From NCBI GenBank assembly GCA_041481635.1, contig JBGPCF010000001.1, forward strand, positions 18,044 to 82,043: a DNA stretch of 64,000 nucleotides. Direction: 5' to 3'. Both the position numbers and the translations under genes were made by a program. Every line of letters starts with the position of its first letter. The stretch's first letter is position 1. The notes beneath the pieces were generated by a model, which did not search any database, was not told the DNA's origin, and worked only from the letters and a program-made list of their open reading frames with translations. Below, piece by piece: positions 1 through 9,712 of this stretch. The stretch comes from Terriglobia bacterium (lineage in GTDB: Bacteria > Acidobacteriota > Terriglobia > UBA7540).

Positions 1-158
1 GCTTGGATTGGCTATCCACCGCTTTGGCCGGCGCGACCTTTAGCATCGTCCGGCATTTGCCTCCATACGAGCATACGTGGCCGCCTTAGTTTCTTTTGTA
101 GCTGAGCTCTGGCTCACCAAAGCTCTGCCACTTTCAGACCTGCTGATTATAGTTGCAT

Positions 159-187
159 TTGTATTTCTTCTATACTTGGTTTAGAAT
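159..187 (+). promoter_or_regulatory. candidate sigma70-type promoter upstream of the antitoxin-like/PIN gene pair
   Basis: TTGTAT (159-164), 17-nt spacer, TAGAAT (182-187), about 25 nt upstream of ATG 213. Consensus match by eye only. Confidence 0.3.
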
Positions 188-212
188 TTAAAATGTAGGG
201 TTGAGGTGCAGG

Positions 213-710
213 ATGACTGTATTATCCAAACCCGGCGTCAAGGTGGCTGACGAAGTATGGATTACCGCCGCCCTGCTGCATCGCGAGCAGCCTGGCCGGC
301 CGGACTTTACAATCGAGGAGATTCTCGAACGGGCAACGAGGGAACAAATCGCCGGGCCGGTTCGGCCGGGCGTGTACGTTCATGTCGTGCAGCATTGCGT
401 CGCGAATCGGCCACCCAATCCGGGACGTTACCGAATGCTTTATGAGACGGCTCCCGGCCGGCGACGTCTCTTCCGCCCTGGCGACGCGTACCATCCAGAG
501 CGCGAAGGCGCCAAGATTACCCCGAGTTCGGAAGACATTTTCCACGCTTACGCCGGCCTGCTGGCTTGGTATCGTGACTGGTGCGCGAGCGCTGCCAAGA
601 CCGCTCCTGAGGCGGATCCCTTGCTGGAATTGCTCGGCTCGGGAAAACATCTTTGGGCCGGGGAACACGCTGATGATTACGTCAGTCGCCTCCGCGAGGG
701 TTGGGAATGA
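213..710 (+). CDS. antitoxin-like partner of the PIN toxin, with an uncharacterised N-terminal domain
   Basis: Within ORF 201..710. ATG 213 is preceded by GAGGTG. Its stop overlaps the PIN start (ATGA at 707-710). The C-terminal tail ...LLGSGKHLWAGEHADDYVSRLREGWE resembles the toxin-binding tails of VapB-type antitoxins (recollection). I recognise no motif in the N-terminal ~120 aa. Confidence 0.5.
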   Translation: MTVLSKPGVKVADEVWITAALLHREQPGRPDFTIEEILERATREQIAGPVRPGVYVHVVQHCVANRPPNPGRYRMLYETAPGRRRLFRPGDAYHPEREGAKITPSSEDIFHAYAGLLAWYRDWCASAAKTAPEADPLLELLGSGKHLWAGEHADDYVSRLREGWE

Positions 711-1129
711 GCCGGGTCTTTTGGGACACCAACCTATTCATCTATCTGTTTGAGGACTACGGAAGCCTGGGTCAGCGGGTGAAAGAACTGAGAAGCGCCA
801 TGCTGGCCCGAGGCGATCAACTAATCACTTCGACATTTACACTGGGTGAGGTCCTAGTGAAACCCGTTGAAGCTGGTAACGACGAGCTCATGGAAAAGTA
901 TGAACGGGCCATCACAGCGGTCTCGGTAATGCGCCCCTTCGACTTGAAGGCGGCAAGAATCTACGCCAAACTCCGCTGTGATAGATCCCTGCGCGCGCCC
1001 GACGCCATTCAGTTGGCATGCGCCGCAAGCGCAGGCGTGGACCTCTTCATCACCAATGACTCGCGCCTTCAGGCCAAGCATGTGGACGGCATTCAATTCA
1101 TCGTCCCCTTAGACCGGGCGCCGTTTTGA
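707..1129 (+). CDS. vapC: PIN-domain ribonuclease toxin (VapC family)
   Basis: MSRVFWDTNLFIYLFED... with the conserved PIN acidic residues (D in WDTN, E in LGEVL, D in FITNDSRL). 4-nt overlap with the upstream gene. Confidence 0.8.
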   Translation: MSRVFWDTNLFIYLFEDYGSLGQRVKELRSAMLARGDQLITSTFTLGEVLVKPVEAGNDELMEKYERAITAVSVMRPFDLKAARIYAKLRCDRSLRAPDAIQLACAASAGVDLFITNDSRLQAKHVDGIQFIVPLDRAPF

Positions 1130-1266
1130 AAGTTCCAACTGATCCCCAGGAACTCCAGGCCTCCAACCCCTATGCCGAATGGAGGAAGATTCCGAAGATT
1201 GACGACTGCCATCAGCCTCATGTTTGACACCACGTCCACCGTTGGATAGGCTATTTATGCTAACCA

Positions 1267-3264
1267 ATGAAAGCGCATTCACCCTTTAGCCGGATAGCGC
1301 AAGCTCTGCCACTCTTGTTGCCGATCATCTTCGCATCACAGTTGACGGCAAGGGACAAGCCTGAACGCTGGCTGGAGGTTCTCAGCCCGCACTTCCGGGT
1401 GATTGGCAACGGCAGCGAAAAGCAGGCGCGCAAGGTAGCTGACCAATTTGAGCGCATCCGTGCGGCCTTTCAGAAAGCTTTTCCGGGGTTGCGGGTCGAC
1501 CCCAGCGCGCCCATCATCGTTCTGGCGGCCAAAGATGAGAAGACATTCAACGCCCTCACGCCCGCCTCCTGGAAGCAGAAAGGGCAATTGATGCGTACCG
1601 GGCTCTTTTTGCGCAGCCAGGAAAAGAATTACGTATTGCTCCGCTTGAACGCAGGCGACGATGACCCCTACCACGTCCTCTATCATGAATACACCCACCT
1701 GCTGATGAACGAAAGCTTTCCCCAAATCCCGCTTTGGCTGGACGAAGGCCTGGCGGAGTTCTACGGCAATTCAGAAATCCAGGAGAAGGACGTACTTTTG
1801 GGGAAGCCCAGCGCCGGCGATATCGCACTGCTGCGCGAGAATAAGCTTCTCCCCCTCACGACGCTTTTTGCCGTGGACCATTCATCACCCTATTATAACG
1901 AACAGACTAAAGGGTCGATTTTTTACGCCGAGTCGTGGGCTCTCGCACATTATTTGATGTTGGGAGCGGACCAGGAGGGCAAGAAACCCTTGAACGATTT
2001 TATTGGCCTCCTCCGGCAAAGCGTGGATTCCCAAACCGCCGCGCATCGCGCTTTTGGTGATCTAACACAACTACAGAATCAGCTCGCGGAATACGTTCAA
2101 CAGTCAAGATTCAGATACGCCATCGTGAAGGGCTCCACCGAGATGGACGAGGACGAATTCAAGGAGCGCGAGCTTTCGCCCGCCGATGCGGCGGCGCTGC
2201 GCGGGGACTTCATGATTTACAACCAGCGCCTTGCCGACGCGCGCACCCTGCTCCAGGAGGCGCTCTCCGAAGACCCGAGCAACGCCCAGGCAGCGGAGAG
2301 CATGGGCTTTCTGGAATTCCGGCAGGGCCACCAAGCCGAGGGCAAGAAGTGGTTCACCCTGGCTGTTAAGCTCAATTCGCAAAGTTATCTGGCCCACTAT
2401 TATTTCGCCGTCCTGACCATGCAGGAATCATCCCAAGGGCCGGATGCAACACAAGTGGAATCGAGCCTGCGCACGGTGACTAAGATCAATCCGAACTTTG
2501 CTCCCGCCTATGACGCGCTGGGAGGCTATTACGGCATTCGTGGCGAGCGCCTGGAGGAAGCCCGCATGTTGGAGCTGCAGGCGATTGAGCTGGAGCCTAA
2601 CAATGTCCGATTCCGAGTGAACGCTGGCAACATCCTGCTTAGGATGCAGCGTGCGGATGACGCGCTGCACGTCGGCAAGGTCGCGCTTTCAATGGCGAAG
2701 ACGCCTGAAGAGACAGCCATGGTCCGGACTTTTCTTGAGTCCGCACAGAAATACCAGGAATACCTGGCTTCAGTGAAACAGTTCCATGATCGCTCTCAGG
2801 CAGCCCAGAAAGAAGCGACTGAAATTGGGCAAAACACGGACTCGGTCCACGAGGATAACTCCGCAGGTTCCATGACCAGCGACAAGAACAGTCCGCCCCG
2901 GCTTCAGCATCGCCAGGAAGTGACCGCCAGCACCGTTGCCTCAAGCACTGAAGAAAGCGCTCCCGCCCTCGCGCGCCGCGATGATCGACCCCACGGGCCA
3001 CGCGAAGAGGCGGAGGGAAAGATCGTCACCGTGAAGTGTTCCCCGCCCGCCTCGATGGATCTCACCTTCGCGTCCGCCGGCCACACCCTGCTTCTCCATA
3101 GCGAAAATTATTTTCAACTAGCGTACAGTGCCTTGAACTTTAAACCCTCCGAAGAATTGCAGCCCTGCCGGCAAATCCAAGGCTTTCAAGCGCGCATTCG
3201 TTTTTACCGAATCAAGGGTCAATCATACGTAGGCGAGCTGATTGCCATTGAGCTCAGGAAGTGA
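1267..3264 (+). CDS. secreted peptidase MA-like (DUF1570-type) protein with TPR repeats
   Basis: N-terminal hydrophobic signal-like segment. HEYTHLL followed by WLDEGLAEFY (HExxH...E metallopeptidase-like). TPR-like repeats in the C-terminal half. Confidence 0.65.
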   Translation: MKAHSPFSRIAQALPLLLPIIFASQLTARDKPERWLEVLSPHFRVIGNGSEKQARKVADQFERIRAAFQKAFPGLRVDPSAPIIVLAAKDEKTFNALTPASWKQKGQLMRTGLFLRSQEKNYVLLRLNAGDDDPYHVLYHEYTHLLMNESFPQIPLWLDEGLAEFYGNSEIQEKDVLLGKPSAGDIALLRENKLLPLTTLFAVDHSSPYYNEQTKGSIFYAESWALAHYLMLGADQEGKKPLNDFIGLLRQSVDSQTAAHRAFGDLTQLQNQLAEYVQQSRFRYAIVKGSTEMDEDEFKERELSPADAAALRGDFMIYNQRLADARTLLQEALSEDPSNAQAAESMGFLEFRQGHQAEGKKWFTLAVKLNSQSYLAHYYFAVLTMQESSQGPDATQVESSLRTVTKINPNFAPAYDALGGYYGIRGERLEEARMLELQAIELEPNNVRFRVNAGNILLRMQRADDALHVGKVALSMAKTPEETAMVRTFLESAQKYQEYLASVKQFHDRSQAAQKEATEIGQNTDSVHEDNSAGSMTSDKNSPPRLQHRQEVTASTVASSTEESAPALARRDDRPHGPREEAEGKIVTVKCSPPASMDLTFASAGHTLLLHSENYFQLAYSALNFKPSEELQPCRQIQGFQARIRFYRIKGQSYVGELIAIELRK

Positions 3265-3969
3265 CCGGGCATTCCCTCCGAGGCGAAGCTACCAAGGCAA
3301 ACAGTTCTGATGGAACCCATCCCACGAGTTGTACGTCTTATCAACTGAGGCGTGAATTTGTGTTATCCTAAGGCCGACTAAGGGGGTTGGGTCCCCCACG
3401 ACTCGGGCATTTCAGGCGGACAGACTATGTTTTCGCTTAAGACGAGCGGAAATGCGGGCGCCGGAGCATTTTCGGGCTCTGGCCAGAGAACCCACCACCA
3501 ACATCGCCGAGTTGTGATCGCTTTAACCAAGTTCCTCCTCTGCGCACTCGTTTTACTCTCCACCGCTGCACGGCAACCCTGCTCCAGTCGCACAGGAAAC
3601 AAGTGGCACACCTGCAAGGCCAGCAAGATGGTGGAGCGTGGCCGCAAACTGGTCCTCGAAGTACCCAAGAACAACGTGCCTTGCAACCTCGATCAGTCAC
3701 ATCAAGTTGAGATCATTTGCCCGATTCCGGAAAGCTCGTTCCATCAATCTCCCAAATCATTTCCCATTTTCACCTTGCGCTCTCCTCCTCAGGCCTAGTT
3801 CAATTCATCCTGTGTATTATCTGAATTGGGTCCGCAACGATAGCCATTTGAATCACCTGACCGACGATGTCCCTCAACGACTCGTGGGACTTGGGAGCTA
3901 AGAAATAGCGAAGACATCCGATGAACTCTCACATGGGGCCGGTCCTTCGCTGACGGGGAGGCAAATTCA

Positions 3970-4626
3970 ATGAACGAACGACTCTCTCAGCCAGCTTCGA
4001 ATTCCAGTGAACTGGCAAGACGCACGGCGGCAATCCCCCGCTCCGGTGATGGAGTCGACTTTGAGCGCCTCTACCAACTTTATGGACGGCGCGTTTACTC
4101 CTGGTGCGCAAACATGACCGGAGATGCGGAGGAAGCTAAGGATCTCACCCAGGACTCCTTCCTTCAGTTGTTTCGCAGTATTGACACCTTCCGGGGCGAA
4201 TCGGGATTTCTCACGTGGCTTTATCGTGTGGTGGCCAATGTGGTGCAGGGACGATTTCGGAAGAAGTCAATTCCTACGATTTCCCTCCACGCTCTCGATA
4301 AGGCCGGGCGCGAGACGCTTGATCTTACCGACCCCTCGGCGGCTGACGAGGTCGATCGCTTAAGCGTGGAAAAGTTGATGGCAAGGCTGCCGTCTATTTA
4401 TCGAACGATTCTGGTGTTACACGATATCCGAGGCTTCCGGCACGTGGAAATCGCCAAGATGCTGGGCATGCCCATCGGCACCACCAAGGCTTACCTGCAC
4501 AGGGCGCGGAGGCAACTGCGCGATTTGTTCCTGGAGAGCCTGGCCAGGCAAAAGAAACCCCTCCCTCGCCGCCCGTCACGCGGCCGGAAGAAATTGGCCT
4601 GCACGCCGGAACTCTTAGGTGCTTGA
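3970..4626 (+). CDS. ECF-type RNA polymerase sigma-70 family factor
   Basis: Region 2 (DLTQDSFLQLF...FLTWLYRVVANV) and region 4 HTH (FRHVEIAKMLGMPIGTTKAYLHRARRQLR). Confidence 0.85.
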   Translation: MNERLSQPASNSSELARRTAAIPRSGDGVDFERLYQLYGRRVYSWCANMTGDAEEAKDLTQDSFLQLFRSIDTFRGESGFLTWLYRVVANVVQGRFRKKSIPTISLHALDKAGRETLDLTDPSAADEVDRLSVEKLMARLPSIYRTILVLHDIRGFRHVEIAKMLGMPIGTTKAYLHRARRQLRDLFLESLARQKKPLPRRPSRGRKKLACTPELLGA

Positions 4627-4882
4627 AATGCGCCTCAAATTTCATGGAACTCTTCGCGAAACCTATTGGAACCACTGAGTAGAGCCCATTGCACGTCTAT
4701 AGGAAAACGCGCGCGAGGGCGGGCCTCAAAAGAAAGTCCTCGCGTCGAGGCATCGCGGTTGGAATCCGCGGCATCTTGAGATAATAGGCGCACAGGAGTA
4801 GTCTTAGTGTGATCGCTTTCCAAGTGCAAGAGCACGGCACCCCTGCAGCCAGGGACGCCGGCGCGCAGGGGAGGGTAGTAAA

Positions 4883-5653
4883 ATGGTTCGCAGACTTCTT
4901 CAATCGGGAATCGTCATAGGGGTCATCGCCGCTTGCATCGCCTCGGCTCTGGGGGTGGACAAGCCTCTGTCCATCCCGGCCGGAACCTCTCTTCGCGTCA
5001 AGTTAAGCACCTTGCTCTCGGACAAGACCAACAAGGCTGGAGATCCTTTCACCGCCGAAGTGGCCGAGCCGATTATAGTGGATGGCCAGGAAGTGATTCC
5101 CGCTCACAGCACGGTGGATGGCCACGTAGCGTTCGTGAAACAATCAGGCCGCTTCAAGGACAAGGCGGAGATGCGGCTGGTGGTCGACAAAGTCACCACA
5201 CCGGATGAAGTCGTCTTCCCGTTGTCCAGCACGCTCCAGGAAGCGCATGATGTGAATTGTACTAACTCGACCGTTGGCTCCAAGGCGAATGGCAAGCCCA
5301 GTGAGGAAGGCACCATCACCGGGTGCGGCAAAAGCGTGAAAGACGCGGCCAAGTCCGCCGCGATCGTCGGAGCAATGGGCGCCGCCGGGGGCGCGACCGT
5401 GGGCGTGTTGAGCCGGGGGGGCTGCGATTATTACGGCAACTGCTACCCCAGCAGTGGTCCGGGCTTGGGAGCGGACATCGGCATCGGCGCGGGCATCGGA
5501 GTAGGTACCGTCTTGGCCTATCACCTTTTTCAGCACGAAAAGCACATCATCCTGATCTACGGCACCGCGCTGACGTTTGTCGTCAGCCGGACCACCTCAG
5601 CCGATGCAATCCCTGTTACCCCTGCTTCCGACATGCAACCCGAGAGCCAATAG
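4883..5653 (+). CDS. secreted/membrane-anchored glycine-zipper protein (hypothetical)
   Basis: N-terminal hydrophobic segment, beta-rich core (IPAGTSLRVKL...GDPFTAEV...VIPAHSTVDGHV) and Gly-rich C-terminal region (GAMGAAGGATVG, GIGAGIGVG). Same architecture as 37170..37928. Confidence 0.5.
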   Translation: MVRRLLQSGIVIGVIAACIASALGVDKPLSIPAGTSLRVKLSTLLSDKTNKAGDPFTAEVAEPIIVDGQEVIPAHSTVDGHVAFVKQSGRFKDKAEMRLVVDKVTTPDEVVFPLSSTLQEAHDVNCTNSTVGSKANGKPSEEGTITGCGKSVKDAAKSAAIVGAMGAAGGATVGVLSRGGCDYYGNCYPSSGPGLGADIGIGAGIGVGTVLAYHLFQHEKHIILIYGTALTFVVSRTTSADAIPVTPASDMQPESQ

Positions 5654-5837
5654 GCTGCGTCGGCTGCCTCAAAAGGAGGAGCCGTCAATTTCCACCTTTC
5701 GTGCCAGACTCATACAACGATGGCAAGGTACTTTCTAAATTGAAAAGAACAGAATTCATCTGGCGGGTATCAGCGACGACTTGTTTAGATTCCCCACCTG
5801 CACTCGCGTTTGTTCCCCCCCAAAAAACTCTCGCCGC

Positions 5838-6668
5838 TTAGCTACGTTTGATTTTCTTCAGGAGTTGGGTAAGGGCTTTGCGCGACACCGAACTGCGCGA
5901 GCGGGTCGAGGGATCGTACAGGTTGATTTCGAGGTGCAAATGCTGGCCATGCCCCTTGAGAGAGGCGTTTTTGCCGCTGTGCCCCACGGTGCCAATCGCC
6001 ATGCCTGCGGGAATGATGTCCCGCGTCTGGACAAAGACCGTGTCCAGGTGACAGTACCTGTAAAATCGGTTGGTCTCCGGATTGAAAACAATGACCTCGT
6101 TCCCACCCTTCTGGGACACGGTGGCCAAGGGTCGATTGGGTTGCCAACCGTCTTCCGCCAGCACCACCACTCCGCTCGCCATGGTTCGGACCAGGGAACC
6201 TTCGGCGGTAAACAGGTCGATAGCATCGTCATGACACCGCGAGGAACACTTCCGGAATTCGTAATTGTCGAGCGGCGCGACGATGACCTCCCCTTCTCCA
6301 CCATCTGTCGCATCCGCGAATAATTCCCGAAGCTGACCCAGATAGTGATTTTCAATTTCCGGCAGCAGCAATGGCTTGATAGCCAGAACAATCTCATCCT
6401 GAGGGGTTGGGGCAGATTTGCTCTTTTTCCTACTCGTGCCCTCCTGCAGTTTCGCGAAAAAAGAATCGGAATAGTAAAGGGCGGAAACTTGATAGGGATC
6501 GTCGAGTATTTGATCGGGGTCGCTGCTCGCAAGTGTGCTTTTGGCGCGCTCGATCTCCTCGCGCATGAACTCCAGCGTTCGTTGATCTGGCTCTTTTTGG
6601 CGCGCTCCCCAAACCGGTCCCTGGACGCACATCAACCCGCACACGAAAACCATAATGGCACGGCGCAT
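5838..6668 (-). CDS. M23 family metallopeptidase
   Basis: Signal peptide. M23 motifs YCHLD, GTVGHSG and HLHLEI. Confidence 0.8.
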   Translation of the reverse strand: MRRAIMVFVCGLMCVQGPVWGARQKEPDQRTLEFMREEIERAKSTLASSDPDQILDDPYQVSALYYSDSFFAKLQEGTSRKKSKSAPTPQDEIVLAIKPLLLPEIENHYLGQLRELFADATDGGEGEVIVAPLDNYEFRKCSSRCHDDAIDLFTAEGSLVRTMASGVVVLAEDGWQPNRPLATVSQKGGNEVIVFNPETNRFYRYCHLDTVFVQTRDIIPAGMAIGTVGHSGKNASLKGHGQHLHLEINLYDPSTRSRSSVSRKALTQLLKKIKRS

Positions 6669-6867
6669 CCTGTCGCTTCCTTGTCAGCAACGAAATCAGT
6701 TGAGATCAGTGTATCGAAATTGCGGTCTGTTTTCAACGCGGGTGTGGGGCAAGGTGTGCAGAGTCTAGTTTCTCCGAATTGGGACGGTGACTCCTCCCGG
6801 AGCCCGGGGGTTTGCTCTTTTTTGACTTGCCTGTCCGCATATGTGAAGATAACGGCGGAGAAACTCT

Positions 6868-9612
6868 ATGAAATCAGAACGTCTTGCCCGCGTGTTGGTG
6901 GGCGCCTTCTTATTCCTGCTGATCATCGGCCCCCTCTTGGCCAACGGCGTCGACCTACTGGTGGATTGGCTCTGGTTCAATCAGGAAGGCTACCGTATTA
7001 TCTATATTAATATATTAAAGAAACAGATTACCCTGAGCGGTTATGCCGGGATGGGGTTCATCGCGGCGGTGGGGCTGAACCTGCTGATTGCCCGCGGCTT
7101 ATCGCGACGCAGCGGGTTTCGCGTCTATCACGAGGTGATCGAATTCCCTGCCCTCGACCGCTTCAGCTCGGTCTTCCGCTGGGCCATCTGGGTGGGCGTG
7201 CTGGTGATCGGCCTATTCGTGAGCGAGTGGGCCGCCACTCACTGGATGGACTTTGCCCTTGCTCAGCGTGCAGTGCCCATGGGGCAAGCCGACCCGCTCT
7301 TCGGCCTCGATTTGAGCTATTACCTGTTTAGTTTGCCCTTTATCTGGTTCGTCTACCACCTGGTCTTTTTCACTCTGGTCATCTGTGTCCTGAGCGCTGT
7401 ATTTCTCTATCTCGTGGAGGGGGGCGTCACCGTCTCGCCGCGCGGGCCCGTGATTTCGGCATACGCGCGCGCCCACTTGATGGCGTTGGGCGCAATGGTC
7501 TTTCTCGTCGTAGCTTACCGCTGCCGCCTGGCCATGTACGGCCTGCTCTACTCGGAGCGCGGCCTGATTTATGGCGCGGGCTATACGGACATCGCCGCCA
7601 CCCTGCCCGTGCTGAAGATTCTCCTCTTTCTGTGCGTGCTCACCGCGGTGATGTTCGTGGTGGGCGCGCTGCGCGGCAGCCTGCGGCCTGTCCTCCTGTC
7701 GCTCGTGGCACTGGCCGCGGTCTGGCTGGTGGGCGGATCGGTGTATCCGGAGATTATCCAGCGCTTCGTGGTGGCGCCCAACGAAATCGAAAAAGAGCAG
7801 CCCTATATCGCCAACGCCATCAAATTCACACGCCAGGCCTACGCCCTGGATCGCTTCGAGACGCGGGAGTTTTCCGCCGTTGAGGATCTCAGCCTGGCCA
7901 ATATCCGAGAGAACGAGGCCACCATGCGCAATGTGCGCCTTTGGGACCACGAGCCGCTGAAAACCACTTTCCGCCAGCTCCAGGAAATCCGCACTTACTA
8001 CGATTTTGAAAACGTGGATAACGACCGCTACATGGTCAACGGCGTTTACCGCCAACTCTCGCTCTCGGCGCGCGAGTTGAACACCGCCAGCCTGTCCAGC
8101 CGCGGATGGATCAACGAGCACCTGAGTTACACCCACGGGTACGGCCTGTGCCTGAGCCCGGTGAACGAATCCACCAACGAGGGATTGCCCCAATTCTTTA
8201 TCAAGAACATCCCGCCCGCTTCCACCATCCCGATGTCCGTGAAGCGTCCGGAACTTTATTACGGGGAGATGACCAACGACTATTGCTTTGTGAAAACGCA
8301 CGCCAAGGAATTCGATTATCCCTCCGGCGCCGAGGACGTTTACACCACCTACCAGGGCTCGGGTGGCCTGCCCGTGGGTAGTTTCTGGCGCCGCCTCCTT
8401 TTCACGCTGAAATTCGGGGAGAAAAATATTTTGTTTTCCAGCGACATCGGTGATGAGAGCCGCCTGATGATTTACCGCCAGGTTCGTCAGCGCGCCAGCC
8501 GCCTCACGCCATTTTTGACTTTTGATTCCGACCCTTACATCGTGATTGCCGACGATGGCTCGCTCACCTGGATGCTGGACGGCTACACGACGTCCGACCA
8601 GTACCCCTACTCCGAACCCACCGAAGATTTGGGGAACTACATTCGCAATTCCGTGAAGGTGACCGTGAACGCTTACACCGGCCAGGTGCGCTATTACATC
8701 AGCGATCCCACCGACCCCATCATCAAGGCCTACGCCGATATCTTTCCCAACATCTTCCAGCCGCTGGACGCCATGCCGCAAGACCTGCGCGCCCACATTC
8801 GCTATCCGGAAGGCTTCTTTTCCATCCAAGCCAGCAAGTACGCCGAATATCACATGACCGACCCGCGCGTGTTTTACAACAAGGAGGATTTGTGGCGTGT
8901 GGCGCAGAGCGCGGCGCGCGGCTCCAACTCACCCATGACGCCTTACTACACCATCATGAAGCTGGCCGAAGTGGGCAAGAAAGAAGAGTTCATCCTGATG
9001 GTGCCTTTCACACCATCTCGCAAGGATAATATGATTGCCTGGATGGCGGCGCGCTGCGACGAGCCCAATTACGGCAAAGTCCTGGTGTTCACTTTCCCCA
9101 AGCAGAAACTGATTTACGGTCCGCAGCAGATTGAAGCGCGCATCGATCAGGAACCCACCATCTCGCAGCAACTCACCTTGTGGGACCAGCACGGCTCGAG
9201 CGTGATCCGCGGCACGCTCCTGGTGATTCCCGTTTTGAATTCGGTGCTCTACGTGGAGCCCATCTACCTCGCCGCCCAAACTGGCGGTGGACTGCCCCAG
9301 ATGCAGCGCGTAATCGTTTCCTACTCGGACCACGTGGTGATGGAGCCCACTTTTGACGCGGCGCTCAGCAAGGTCTTTGGGGGCGAAGTCGAGTCGGCAG
9401 GCTCCACGGCGGCCCAAGTCAAAGAGGGCCCGACCGGCGCTACTCCAACTCCGAACGCGACTCCGGCAGCAGACCTCGCCTCGCTGATCCGTGAGGCTAA
9501 CCAGCACTATGAGCGCGCCCAGCAGCTCCTGCGCCAGGGCGATTGGAACGGCTACGGAGAGGAAATCAAAAAGCTTGGCGAAGTGTTGAAGAAAATGCCG
9601 GCGCCAAAATAA
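6868..9612 (+). CDS. UPF0182 (COG1615) family integral membrane protein
   Basis: About 7 hydrophobic helices in the first ~300 aa, then a large soluble domain. Overall resemblance to the UPF0182 family (recollection, not searched). Confidence 0.7.
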   Translation: MKSERLARVLVGAFLFLLIIGPLLANGVDLLVDWLWFNQEGYRIIYINILKKQITLSGYAGMGFIAAVGLNLLIARGLSRRSGFRVYHEVIEFPALDRFSSVFRWAIWVGVLVIGLFVSEWAATHWMDFALAQRAVPMGQADPLFGLDLSYYLFSLPFIWFVYHLVFFTLVICVLSAVFLYLVEGGVTVSPRGPVISAYARAHLMALGAMVFLVVAYRCRLAMYGLLYSERGLIYGAGYTDIAATLPVLKILLFLCVLTAVMFVVGALRGSLRPVLLSLVALAAVWLVGGSVYPEIIQRFVVAPNEIEKEQPYIANAIKFTRQAYALDRFETREFSAVEDLSLANIRENEATMRNVRLWDHEPLKTTFRQLQEIRTYYDFENVDNDRYMVNGVYRQLSLSARELNTASLSSRGWINEHLSYTHGYGLCLSPVNESTNEGLPQFFIKNIPPASTIPMSVKRPELYYGEMTNDYCFVKTHAKEFDYPSGAEDVYTTYQGSGGLPVGSFWRRLLFTLKFGEKNILFSSDIGDESRLMIYRQVRQRASRLTPFLTFDSDPYIVIADDGSLTWMLDGYTTSDQYPYSEPTEDLGNYIRNSVKVTVNAYTGQVRYYISDPTDPIIKAYADIFPNIFQPLDAMPQDLRAHIRYPEGFFSIQASKYAEYHMTDPRVFYNKEDLWRVAQSAARGSNSPMTPYYTIMKLAEVGKKEEFILMVPFTPSRKDNMIAWMAARCDEPNYGKVLVFTFPKQKLIYGPQQIEARIDQEPTISQQLTLWDQHGSSVIRGTLLVIPVLNSVLYVEPIYLAAQTGGGLPQMQRVIVSYSDHVVMEPTFDAALSKVFGGEVESAGSTAAQVKEGPTGATPTPNATPAADLASLIREANQHYERAQQLLRQGDWNGYGEEIKKLGEVLKKMPAPK

Positions 9613-9699
9613 AAGACGCCGGTTGTCCGTTGCACGTTGTTTGTGGTCTGCATAATATGAAGCTCAGAGCATAGAACCTCTGAGACCTTCCCATGGTTG

Positions 9700-9705
9700 T
9701 ATAAT
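9700..9705 (+). promoter_or_regulatory. candidate -10 box placing the transcription start at the kinase start codon (possible leaderless mRNA)
   Basis: Perfect TATAAT at 9700-9705. 7 nt (CGCGCCC) separate it from ATG 9713. No Shine-Dalgarno sequence in between. The -35 region is poor. Confidence 0.3.
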
Positions 9706-9712
9706 CGCGCCC

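Noticed and set aside
5781-6323. 180-aa plus-strand ORF
   Set aside because: Antisense to the M23 peptidase gene, which has clear catalytic motifs.
7000-7020. AT-rich palindromic stretch TATATTAATATATTAAAG in an otherwise GC-rich region
   Set aside because: Lies inside the UPF0182 coding frame (YRIIYINILKK) between TM helices. Adequately explained by coding for Ile/Asn/Lys-rich sequence.
7213-8853. 546-aa minus-strand ORF, the second-longest ORF in the region
   Set aside because: Lies entirely antisense to the well-supported UPF0182 gene. The translation is Gly/Ala/His/Arg/Val-rich with no motif. It is a typical shadow ORF of a GC-rich coding region.
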